NCBI GenBank assembly: GCA_963676105.1
Contig: OY781039.1
Location: 330,001-362,000 of the forward strand
DNA length: 32,000 nt
DNA from: Erysipelotrichaceae bacterium
GTDB taxonomy: Bacteria; Bacillota_I; Bacilli_A; Erysipelotrichales; Erysipelotrichaceae
Direction of reading: 5' to 3'
The notes under the pieces were generated by a model. The model did no database searches. It had not been told where the DNA came from and saw only the letters and a list, made by a program, of their open reading frames with translations. Below, piece by piece: positions 16,044 to 24,533 of the stretch (position 1 is its first letter; every line of letters begins with the position of its first letter). A program made the translations under genes and the position numbers.

Positions 16044-16056
16044 GAAAACGTTTTAA
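16044..16056. promoter_or_regulatory. Second operator-like site GGAAAACGTTTTAA (perfect 10-bp core)
   Basis: The core AAAACGTTTT spans 16045-16054. Its centre is 13 bp from the centre of the first site and lies just upstream of the -35 box. Confidence 0.5.
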
Positions 16057-16063
16057 ATTTTAA

Positions 16064-16092
16064 TTGACGCAAGTCATGTAATCGGTTACAAT
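16064..16092 (+). promoter_or_regulatory. Sigma-A promoter TTGACG-17-TACAAT for the nucleoside transporter and catabolism operon
   Basis: TTGACG at 16064-16069, a 17-nt spacer, and TACAAT at 16087-16092. It leaves a leader of about 117 nt. Confidence 0.7.
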
Positions 16093-16177
16093 TTTACTTA
16101 ATGATGCACATAAACGATTTAATCATTAAATACAATACTTAACATTGTTTTTGTACTGTATTAAAATGGTATCGTGC

Positions 16178-16189
16178 ATTGTGCACAAT
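16178..16189. promoter_or_regulatory. Perfect 12-bp palindrome ATTGTGCACAAT in the operon leader
   Basis: Self-complementary, with about 13 nt between it and the GGAGG SD. No regulator family is assigned. Confidence 0.35.
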
Positions 16190-16216
16190 TCATTTATTTA
16201 AAAGGAGGAACAATAA

Positions 16217-17296
16217 ATGAAGAAATTATTAGTGTTTTTGCTTTCTGTATTGCTTCTAACTGCTTGTTCATCAGCACCTGCTGAAGAAACACCAGCAGAT
16301 GAAGTAGAAGTTGTTAAAGTAGCGCTTTTAGTTGGTGAATTAGGGGATTTATCCTTTAATGATTCTGCTGCACGTGGTGTTAACCAAGCTGCTGAAGAGT
16401 TCTCAAATGTTGAAGTCGATATCGTTGAATATGGACAAGCAGCCGTTGATAACTATGAACCAACATTATTAGACACAGCTGATGCTGGCTACGATCTTAT
16501 TTTTACAAGTTCAACTCTACAAGATTTAGTTGAACAATATGCACCTGATTATCCAGAAACTACATTTGGCGTATTTGATACTCAAATTAATTTCGACAAT
16601 GGTGATCTAAGCAATGTTTACGGTATTGTTTATAAAGCTAACGAAGCATCTTTCTTAGGTGGTTACTTAGCAGCTAGTTTATCAGAAACTGGTGTTTTAG
16701 CTTTCTTAGGTGGTATGGACATTCCTGTTATTTCTGACTTCTTAGTTGGTTATATTCAAGGTGCTCAAGTTGCTAACCCTGATGTTAAAGTTACTACAAC
16801 TTATGCTGGTAGCTGGGGTGATGCTCCTGCTGGTAAAGACTTGGCTAACACAATGTTTGACCAAGGCGCAGACGTTATCTTCAACGTTGCTGGTGGTACT
16901 GGTATTGGTGGTATCGAAGCTTCTGTTGAACGTGGATTATATTCTTTAGGTGTTGATAGTGACCAAGCAATGATTTATGACGCTGATGGAAAAACTGATT
17001 TCGCTAACGCAATCGTTTCATCTGTTCTTAAAAACGTTGACTACTCACTATATCGTGCTATTTCAATGTACTTAGACGGAACACTCGCAGTTGGTACTAA
17101 CGAAACTTTAGGTATTGCTGAAGGTGGTGTTGGTCTAGCTGACAATGAATACTATCAAGCAAATGTAAGTGAAGAAATTCGTACAGCTATTACTGATCTT
17201 GAAGCTCAAGTAACAGCTGGTGAAATTGAAATCATGAGTGCTTATGGTATGAGTACTGAAGAAATCGCTGCTATCCGCGACGAAGTTAAACCTTAA
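16217..17296 (+). CDS. BMP-family (PnrA/TmpC-like) ABC transporter substrate-binding lipoprotein, probably nucleoside-binding
   Basis: It has the lipobox LLLTAC, an acidic linker, and a BMP-type fold pattern (FNVAGGTGIGG, GVDSDQ). The SD AAAGGAGG lies upstream. Confidence 0.85.
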   Translation: MKKLLVFLLSVLLLTACSSAPAEETPADEVEVVKVALLVGELGDLSFNDSAARGVNQAAEEFSNVEVDIVEYGQAAVDNYEPTLLDTADAGYDLIFTSSTLQDLVEQYAPDYPETTFGVFDTQINFDNGDLSNVYGIVYKANEASFLGGYLAASLSETGVLAFLGGMDIPVISDFLVGYIQGAQVANPDVKVTTTYAGSWGDAPAGKDLANTMFDQGADVIFNVAGGTGIGGIEASVERGLYSLGVDSDQAMIYDADGKTDFANAIVSSVLKNVDYSLYRAISMYLDGTLAVGTNETLGIAEGGVGLADNEYYQANVSEEIRTAITDLEAQVTAGEIEIMSAYGMSTEEIAAIRDEVKP

Positions 17297-17329
17297 TTTT
17301 AATCAGTTAAATTAAACTTAGTAAGCACT

Positions 17330-17365
17330 GATTCGTCAGTGCTTACTTTATCTTTATTACTTTTG
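17330..17365 (+). terminator. Intra-operon hairpin (partial terminator or mRNA-stabilising stem) after the binding-protein gene
   Basis: A 12-bp perfect stem AGTAAGCACTGA-TTCG-TCAGTGCTTACT followed by TTATCTTT, which is an interrupted T-run. Confidence 0.5.
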
Positions 17366-17376
17366 GAGGAAATACA

Positions 17377-18933
17377 ATGCCTAATAATTATGTTTTAGAA
17401 ATGAAAAACATTACTAAGGTTTACCCAAATGGAGTTATTGCCAACAAAGATGCGAATTTAGCAATCGAAGAAGCTGAAATACATGCGTTACTTGGTGAAA
17501 ATGGTGCTGGGAAAACAACTTTAATGAAGATTCTATTTGGAATCGAACAACTAACAAGTGGTGAAATTTTATTAAATGGACAAAATGTTAAGATTTCTAG
17601 TCCGTTACACGCGATTGATTTAGGTATTGGTATGGTTCATCAACACTTTATGCTAGATGAACAGTTAACAGTAACTGAAAATATTATTTTAGGTATGGAA
17701 CCTAAAAAAGGCTTAAAACTTGATTATAAGAAAGCCAATGAGATGGTTTTAGAAGTCTCAGAAAAATATAATTTCAAGGTTGATCCAAATAAAAAAGTGA
17801 TGGATTTATCTGTTGGTAAGAAGCAAAAAGTAGAAATACTAAAAGCTTTAATCCGTGGAGCTAAAATCCTTATTTTGGATGAGCCTACTGCCGTTTTAAC
17901 ACCTCAAGAAACAAAAGAATTATTTGAGCAGTTAAAAATATTAAAAAGCCAAGGGCATTCGATTGTCTTTATCTCACACAAATTAAATGAAGTTAAAGAA
18001 ATTTGTGATCGTGCGACCGTTATGCGCTTAGGTGTCTATCAAGGTACCTATCCAATAGAAGAGGTTAGTGTTAAGGATTTATCACGATTAATGATTGGTC
18101 GTGATGTTGAACGAGAAGTTGAAAAGAAAAAACCAAAAGTTGGAGAAACTGTATTAAAAGTTGAAAATTTAACAGTTATTAACGAAGAAGGTAAAAAAGC
18201 TGTTAATGATGTTAGTTTTTCTGTGAAAAAAGGAGAAATTCTTGGGATTGCTGGTGTCGAAGGAAATGGTCAACGTGAACTGATTGATAGTGTGACTGCT
18301 TTAGATACGACTTTTACTGGAAATATTAGTTTACTAGGTATGTCTGAATCTACTGCTTTCAGTGTTAAAAACTTAAGGGATCATGGAATGAATCATATTC
18401 CTGAAGATCGCTTGGTTTATGGGGTGAATGCTGAAGGAAGTATTCAAGATAACATGATTTCAAATCGCTTTTATAAAAAAGAATATAATAATGGATTCTT
18501 TCAAAATCATAAATATATCACTGAAGAAGCTAATAACTTAATTAAACAATATCAAGTAAAAACTGAAAGCAAGGATACTTTAGTTCGTATGTTATCAGGT
18601 GGTAATATGCAAAAAGTTGTTGCAGCACGTGAAATGAGCACAGATATGCAAATTCTGGTTGCCGATCAACCTACTCGAGGGATTGATGTTGGGACAGCTG
18701 CCTTTATTCATGACAAAATTGTTGAACTAAGAGATGAAGGTGTAGCTGTACTTCTTGTCTCAGCTGATATTCATGAAGTCTTAGAAGTATCTGATAGTTT
18801 AATAGTTATGTATGAGGGAGAAGTGGCAGCTTATTTTAAAGATTTAAAGAAAGTCACTGAAGAAGTATTAGGTGAATATATGTTAGGACTTAAAAAAATG
18901 TCCAAAGAAGAAATTAGAGGTGCACTATCATGA
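17377..18933 (+). CDS. ABC transporter ATP-binding protein with two nucleotide-binding domains
   Basis: It has Walker A GENGAGKTT, an LSVGKKQKVE-type signature and a second LSGGNMQK signature. At 518 aa it is typical of sugar/nucleoside CUT2 ATPases. Confidence 0.9.
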   Translation: MPNNYVLEMKNITKVYPNGVIANKDANLAIEEAEIHALLGENGAGKTTLMKILFGIEQLTSGEILLNGQNVKISSPLHAIDLGIGMVHQHFMLDEQLTVTENIILGMEPKKGLKLDYKKANEMVLEVSEKYNFKVDPNKKVMDLSVGKKQKVEILKALIRGAKILILDEPTAVLTPQETKELFEQLKILKSQGHSIVFISHKLNEVKEICDRATVMRLGVYQGTYPIEEVSVKDLSRLMIGRDVEREVEKKKPKVGETVLKVENLTVINEEGKKAVNDVSFSVKKGEILGIAGVEGNGQRELIDSVTALDTTFTGNISLLGMSESTAFSVKNLRDHGMNHIPEDRLVYGVNAEGSIQDNMISNRFYKKEYNNGFFQNHKYITEEANNLIKQYQVKTESKDTLVRMLSGGNMQKVVAAREMSTDMQILVADQPTRGIDVGTAAFIHDKIVELRDEGVAVLLVSADIHEVLEVSDSLIVMYEGEVAAYFKDLKKVTEEVLGEYMLGLKKMSKEEIRGALS

Positions 18934-20054
18934 TGAAATGGTTTAAAAAATCAAATCAAGAAGAATTAAGTGTAACTCAAGCCATTACTAATATTGAGCG
19001 TCGCTTTGAACTTTATCGTATTGGCATAGCATTATTAATCTCACTGTCGATTATTATTATCATTATTGCACTAGTTGCGGAAGAACCTGTTGAATCTATT
19101 CGTACCTTAATTCTAGGTCCACTAAGTTCTATTAGAAGAATGGGGAATGTCATAGAACTGACCATTCCATTAACTTTTACAGGTTTAGCTATCACTATGA
19201 TGTTTAAAACACACCGTTTTAATCTATCAGCTGAAGGTGCGTTTTATATTGGTGCAATGGTTGCGGTTTTAGTCGCTTTATATGCACCGTTTGGACCATT
19301 TATTAATGTCATTGTAGGCTTATTAGCTGGTGCTTTAGCAGGTGGTTTATTGGGTGTTATTCCTGCTCTAATTAATCATAAGTTTGGCGCAAGTGAAATC
19401 GTTGTTTCTTTGATGGGAAACTACATCATTGCTTTTTTTGTTCAATATTTATTGAACTATGTCGTTCGCGATATTGATTCATACACTATTCAATCGTATC
19501 CATTACCTGAAGGAACATCATTGCTTCAATTTATTCCTGGTACTCGTATTCACATTGGATTGTTTATTGCGATCGCAGTCGTTGTATTATCCTATTTAAT
19601 TCTCTATCGTACAAAATGGGGCTATATGCTTCGTATGACAGGGATGAATGAAAAGTTCGCAAAATATTCTGGTGTTAAAGTCACAACTGTTATTATCTTG
19701 ACTCAATTTATTGGGGCATCGATTGCTGGTTTAGGTGGAGCAGTTGAAATGTTTGGTATTTACACAACTTTCCAATTTGCCGCAAGTCCAGGTTATGGCT
19801 GGGACGGAATTATTGTTGCATCACTTGCAGGTCTAAACCCAGCGTTTGTACCTCTTGCAGCACTATTCTTAGCATATATACGTGTTGGCGCAAGTATCTT
19901 AAACCGGACAACCAGTGTGCCATCAGAAATAATGGTCTTTGTACAAGCAATTATCATTCTCTTTATCGCATCTAAAGCCTTTATGCGAGCTCAAAAAGAA
20001 AAGAAAATTATTGAAACATCAAATAAATTATCAACGGAAGGAGCACAATCATAA
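18930..20054 (+). CDS. ABC transporter permease (CUT2 / nucleoside type)
   Basis: Polytopic membrane protein. Its start overlaps the upstream stop (ATGA). Confidence 0.85.
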   Translation: MMKWFKKSNQEELSVTQAITNIERRFELYRIGIALLISLSIIIIIIALVAEEPVESIRTLILGPLSSIRRMGNVIELTIPLTFTGLAITMMFKTHRFNLSAEGAFYIGAMVAVLVALYAPFGPFINVIVGLLAGALAGGLLGVIPALINHKFGASEIVVSLMGNYIIAFFVQYLLNYVVRDIDSYTIQSYPLPEGTSLLQFIPGTRIHIGLFIAIAVVVLSYLILYRTKWGYMLRMTGMNEKFAKYSGVKVTTVIILTQFIGASIAGLGGAVEMFGIYTTFQFAASPGYGWDGIIVASLAGLNPAFVPLAALFLAYIRVGASILNRTTSVPSEIMVFVQAIIILFIASKAFMRAQKEKKIIETSNKLSTEGAQS

Positions 20055-21001
20055 TGGAAGTTCTAGAAATATTTGCCAATCCTGGCTTTTGGTTTTCATT
20101 GATAAGATCAAGTACTCCACTTATTTTCGCTGGAATGGCAGCTTTGATTTCTGCTAGATCTGGTATCTTCAATATGTCGATTGAAGGAACAATGCTTATG
20201 AGTTCATTCTTAGCTGTTGTTGCTTCATGGTATTTCCAAAGCGCGTGGATGGGATTATTAGTTGCGATGCTAGTTGGGGTATCAATGGGCCTATTCTTAG
20301 CTTATTTTCACTTAAAACTAGAAGCAGATAATATTTTAGTTGCGATTGCGATGAACTTATTTGCGACAGGGTTTACGGTTTTCCTATTATTCTTAATCAC
20401 AGGTGATAAAAGTAATTCATCAGCTTTAAATAGTTTAATGTTACCAACCATTAATCTGCCTTTCTTAGATTCTATTCCATTTATTGGAGAAGTCTTTAAT
20501 AATCAAAACATCTTGGTTTATGTTGCATTTGCATCAGTCTTTATTATGCATTTCTTCTTATTTAAAACACCTTTAGGTTTACGTATTAGATCTGTAGGTG
20601 GTAATGAACATGCGGCTGAATCCGTTGGTGTATATGTTCATAAGACAAAATATATTGGTTTAGCAATTTCTGGACTATTTGGAGGCTTAGCTGGCGCATT
20701 TATGACTTTAGGTTATATGAGTCTATTTGTTAAAGGAATGGTCGCAGGTCGTGGTTTTATTGCGATTGCGGCAGCCAATGTTGGTTTAATTGCACCAATT
20801 CCAACCATGTTTGCGGCTATCCTATTTGGTTTCTTTGATAACTTAGGAAATAACCTTCAACAATTCAATTTCGTAAATGAATTTATCTTTATGATTCCTT
20901 ATGTTGCGACAATTATCATGTTCTCATACTCTTCATATAGAAGATTAACAGAGAAAAAACGTTTAAATAAAAAATTAGTTAATGCAGCTGAGGCAGAGTA
21001 G
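20054..21001 (+). CDS. ABC transporter permease (second subunit)
   Basis: Polytopic membrane protein. Its start overlaps the upstream stop (TAATG). Confidence 0.85.
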   Translation: MEVLEIFANPGFWFSLIRSSTPLIFAGMAALISARSGIFNMSIEGTMLMSSFLAVVASWYFQSAWMGLLVAMLVGVSMGLFLAYFHLKLEADNILVAIAMNLFATGFTVFLLFLITGDKSNSSALNSLMLPTINLPFLDSIPFIGEVFNNQNILVYVAFASVFIMHFFLFKTPLGLRIRSVGGNEHAAESVGVYVHKTKYIGLAISGLFGGLAGAFMTLGYMSLFVKGMVAGRGFIAIAAANVGLIAPIPTMFAAILFGFFDNLGNNLQQFNFVNEFIFMIPYVATIIMFSYSSYRRLTEKKRLNKKLVNAAEAE

Positions 21002-21007
21002 GGATAT

Positions 21008-21946
21008 ATGTCTGAACTCAAAAACATTCCACTCATCATTGATTGTGATCCTGGCATTGATGATGCTTTTGCGATTGCCTATGCACATCTAACAAAATGC
21101 TTTGACATCAAAGCTATTGTCAGTGTTGCGGGTAATGTACCGATTGAAACTACGACTCAAAATTCTGATTTTTTGATTTCAAAATTAGCTATCAATTGTC
21201 CTCTAATTAAAGGAGCAATTAAACCTTTAATTGGGGAACCAATCATCGCTAAGTATGCCCATGGGGCAAATGGCTTAGGCGGTTATGAATACAATGCCGA
21301 TTTCAAATCATCTTTAGTTGAAGGAAATCCAAGTGATTTGTTCTATGAAACTTTGAAATCTTCAAAAGAAAAACTTGTTATTGCGGCCATTGGTCCTTTA
21401 ACAAATATCGCAAAACTACTTTTAGCTTATCCTGATGCGAAAGATTACATCGAATCAATCTATATCATGGGTGGTGCTGTACAGAGAGGAAATTATACTG
21501 CTCGTGCAGAGTTTAATATTGCGGCTGATCCTTTAGCAGCAAAAATTGTTTTAAATGCAGGTTTAAAGATGTATTTATTACCGTTAGATACTTCAGAAGC
21601 GATTCATTTTACACGCGAGTTTTTCTTTGAATTAGAAAAAGGAACGAATATATCCAAAATGTTATATGACATTGTAGATGCGAAAGTAGATTTCAAAAAT
21701 AACTTAGAACAACCTCATCTTTACCTACACGATATGTTAACGATATCAGCGATTATACATCCTGAATTCTTCAATATGATTGAATGCAATATCAATGTTG
21801 AAACTGAGGGACAACTAACTAAGGGTGAAACCATCTTTGATTTAAGAGATACCATTAGACGACTACCTTCTAATGGAACCTATATTGCCTATAAATCACA
21901 AGATGAAGTGATTAATCATATTTTGGAGGTATTATTAAATGTCTAA
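21008..21946 (+). CDS. Nucleoside hydrolase (IU-NH family), copy A
   Basis: It has the N-terminal fingerprint IIDCDPGIDDAFAI, then GPLTNIA and AEFNIAADP. Confidence 0.85.
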   Translation: MSELKNIPLIIDCDPGIDDAFAIAYAHLTKCFDIKAIVSVAGNVPIETTTQNSDFLISKLAINCPLIKGAIKPLIGEPIIAKYAHGANGLGGYEYNADFKSSLVEGNPSDLFYETLKSSKEKLVIAAIGPLTNIAKLLLAYPDAKDYIESIYIMGGAVQRGNYTARAEFNIAADPLAAKIVLNAGLKMYLLPLDTSEAIHFTREFFFELEKGTNISKMLYDIVDAKVDFKNNLEQPHLYLHDMLTISAIIHPEFFNMIECNINVETEGQLTKGETIFDLRDTIRRLPSNGTYIAYKSQDEVINHILEVLLNV

Positions 21947-22850
21947 AAAAATACCTTGTATTATCGATACAGATCCTGGTGTAGATGATGCCTTTGCGAT
22001 TTTATATGCTGCTAAGCATCCTTTATTAGATTTAAAAGCAATTACTTCCGTGTTTGGTAATGTTTCCTTGAATCATACTTTTCCTAATGCGAAGTTATTA
22101 GCTGGAACTTTAAATAAAACTGTTCCTGTTTCAAAAGGCCATTTTAAAGCACTGGTTGCGCAAAATAATGATGCTGGGGATACTCATGGGCGTGATGGTT
22201 TTGGTGGTAAGTATGAGCTTTATAAACACTTAGAAATTACTGAAAACATTGAAGATAATGCGATTCAAACAATGGTTAGAATTCTTCGTGAAAGTAATGA
22301 AAAAGTCATCATCTTTCCAATTGGTCCATTAACTAATGTCGCTTCACTGATTTTATGTTATCCAGAATTATTAGATAAGATTGAGTGTATTTCACTCATG
22401 GGTGGTGCATTTAAACACGGTAATCGTACAATGGCTGCCGAGTTTAATATCTTAATGGATCCTGAAGCCGCAAAAATTGTTTTTGAAAGTGGTGTAAAGC
22501 TAATTATGACTGGCTTGGATATTACTGATCAAGCTACGATTAATGAAGAAGAACTTGAAAGTATACGCTATCTAAAAAATGATCATAGCGAAATGCTTTA
22601 TCAAATTTTAGATTTATATGCATCACATGATAAATGCCTACATGATCCATTAGCCGTTATGGCTATTACTGACTTAGATATCATTGAATTTGAAGATTTA
22701 TTTGTTGATGTTGAAACAGGTGGAAATTTAAGTTCTGGGCAAACAATTGCGGATTATCGTAATCATCAAGTATCAGCAAATGTAAAAGTCGCAATGAAAC
22801 TTGATCATGATGCATTTATGGAACGTTTATTAAAAATATTAGCTCTTTAA
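21939..22850 (+). CDS. Nucleoside hydrolase (IU-NH family), copy B
   Basis: It has IIDTDPGVDDAFAI, GPLTNVA and AEFNILMDP. It overlaps copy A by 8 nt, and its GGAGG SD lies inside the 3' end of copy A. Confidence 0.85.
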   Translation: MSKKIPCIIDTDPGVDDAFAILYAAKHPLLDLKAITSVFGNVSLNHTFPNAKLLAGTLNKTVPVSKGHFKALVAQNNDAGDTHGRDGFGGKYELYKHLEITENIEDNAIQTMVRILRESNEKVIIFPIGPLTNVASLILCYPELLDKIECISLMGGAFKHGNRTMAAEFNILMDPEAAKIVFESGVKLIMTGLDITDQATINEEELESIRYLKNDHSEMLYQILDLYASHDKCLHDPLAVMAITDLDIIEFEDLFVDVETGGNLSSGQTIADYRNHQVSANVKVAMKLDHDAFMERLLKILAL

Positions 22851-22864
22851 AAGGAGAAGAAGAT

Positions 22865-23749
22865 ATGAATAAAATAGTTGTTATTGGATCATTTAATTTA
22901 GATTTTGTATTTCTAGTTGATCGTTTTGTATTACCTAAAGAAACCTATCACTCAAATGGTATGGAACTTCATTTTGGTGGTAAAGGATTTAATCAAGCTG
23001 TGGCTTTAGGGAAAAGTCATCCATCGGTTTTTTATGCGGCAAACATCAATGATAAAGAAGCTTATATTAAGGATGTTTTAAAGAGAAATAATGTAAGTGA
23101 TAAGTTTGTGAGATTAGTAAGTTCACCAACTGGTATGGCTTTTATTCAAGTTAATAAAGATGGTGAAAATTCAATATTACTGAATAAAGGAGCGAACTTT
23201 AAGTTTGATCTAGAACAATTTGTAGAAGTCTTAAGTCATTTTAATGAAGGGGATACCTTAGTCTTACAAAACGAAATTAATGAGTTGAAAACTTTAATTG
23301 ATTTAGCTCATAATCGTCATTTGAAGATTGCTTTAAATCCATCCCCATTTAGTGAGGATATTTTAAAACTACCTTTAGAAAATATTGATTATCTATTTAT
23401 CAATGAACTTGAAGGAGAAATGTTAACCCATGAGACTGATGCCGATAAGATTCTTGAAAAATGTAAAGAACTATTACCATCATGCGAAGTGGTACTAACA
23501 CTAGGTTCTAATGGTGCAGCAGTTTTAAAAGATAATCAAATTACTAAGCAAGATGCATATAAAGTAGAATCAATTGATTCCACGGGTGCTGGTGATACCT
23601 TTACCGGTTTTTACATCTCATCTCGCTCACAAAACAAATCAATTGTTGATTCCTTAAGACTGGCAAGTGCAGCCGCAGCCTTATCGGTTACTAAAAAAGG
23701 CGCAATGGATTCAATCCCAAGTTTAGAAGACGTTTTAAAATTTATATAA
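22865..23749 (+). CDS. rbsK: Ribokinase (PfkB family)
   Basis: It has the GGKGFNQA motif and the C-terminal DSTGAGDTFTG motif. The SD AGGAGA lies upstream. Confidence 0.8.
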   Translation: MNKIVVIGSFNLDFVFLVDRFVLPKETYHSNGMELHFGGKGFNQAVALGKSHPSVFYAANINDKEAYIKDVLKRNNVSDKFVRLVSSPTGMAFIQVNKDGENSILLNKGANFKFDLEQFVEVLSHFNEGDTLVLQNEINELKTLIDLAHNRHLKIALNPSPFSEDILKLPLENIDYLFINELEGEMLTHETDADKILEKCKELLPSCEVVLTLGSNGAAVLKDNQITKQDAYKVESIDSTGAGDTFTGFYISSRSQNKSIVDSLRLASAAAALSVTKKGAMDSIPSLEDVLKFI

Positions 23750-23770
23750 TTAAGAAAGAAGGTATAGGAA

Positions 23771-24490
23771 ATGAGTGAATTTAAAGGAACGCCCCATAAC
23801 AAAGCGAAAGTTGGCGACATTGCAAAAGTTGTCTTGATGCCAGGTGATCCATTAAGAGCTAAGTTTATTGCAGAGAAGTATTTAGACAACGTTGTTCAGT
23901 TTAATGAAGTACGAAATATGTTTGGCTTTACAGGTGATTATAAAGGAAAACGTATATCCGTCATGGGAAGTGGCATGGGTATGCCAAGTATTGGTATTTA
24001 CTCATGGGAACTCTATAAGTTCTATGGTGTAGAAGCGATTATACGTATTGGTAGTGCAGGTTCATTTAGAGAAGAAGCACAACTGTATGATGTTGTATGT
24101 GCTTCATCTTCTAGTTCTCAGTCAACCTATGCGAAAATGCAAAATGGCTTTGAAGGCGATACGATTTATCCAGATGAAACATTAAACAATACACTTATTG
24201 ATTCTGCTAGAAAATTAGATATTAAAATGCATGTCGCACCAATTCGTTGTGGAGATGTATTCTATCGCGAAGGTGAAAGTAATGAAGATGCACAAAAATA
24301 TCTTGCTGCAGAAATGGAAAGCTTTGCACTTTTCCATAATGCGAAAGTCTTAAATAAAAAAGCAGCTTGCTTAGTTACAATTTCTGATGCGATGTATGAT
24401 CGTACGTTAGAAACAACAGCTGAAGAAAGACAAAACGCATTTACCAATATGATGGAAATTGCATTAGATACTGCTATACAATATGCATAA
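23771..24490 (+). CDS. deoD: Purine nucleoside phosphorylase, DeoD (hexameric) type
   Basis: TPHNKAKVGDIAKVVLMPGDPLRAKFIAEKYL...SVMGSGMGMPSIGIYSWEL...EMES matches the DeoD pattern. Confidence 0.9.
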   Translation: MSEFKGTPHNKAKVGDIAKVVLMPGDPLRAKFIAEKYLDNVVQFNEVRNMFGFTGDYKGKRISVMGSGMGMPSIGIYSWELYKFYGVEAIIRIGSAGSFREEAQLYDVVCASSSSSQSTYAKMQNGFEGDTIYPDETLNNTLIDSARKLDIKMHVAPIRCGDVFYREGESNEDAQKYLAAEMESFALFHNAKVLNKKAACLVTISDAMYDRTLETTAEERQNAFTNMMEIALDTAIQYA

Positions 24491-24492
24491 TT

Positions 24493-24515
24493 AAACAGTT
24501 CATTTGAACTGTTTT
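24493..24515 (+). terminator. Candidate terminator ending the nucleoside operon
   Basis: AAACAGTTC-ATTT-GAACTGTTT hairpin. The T-run is short and lies mostly within the stem. Confidence 0.5.
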
Positions 24516-24533
24516 CTATAATAGAGGTCATTT

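Noticed and set aside
16093-16216. Purine or 2'-dG riboswitch in the nucleoside-operon leader
   Set aside because: The conserved purine-riboswitch junction and loop strings are absent (for example UAUAAU...GUUUCUACC...CCGUAAAU). I report it only as an unclassified structured leader.
24517-24522. TATAAT hexamer just upstream of the M20 gene as its promoter
   Set aside because: A start about 7 nt downstream would exclude the AGAGG SD (24523-24527) yet still lie 5 nt short of the ATG. There is no -35. Read-through from the weak upstream terminator is equally plausible.
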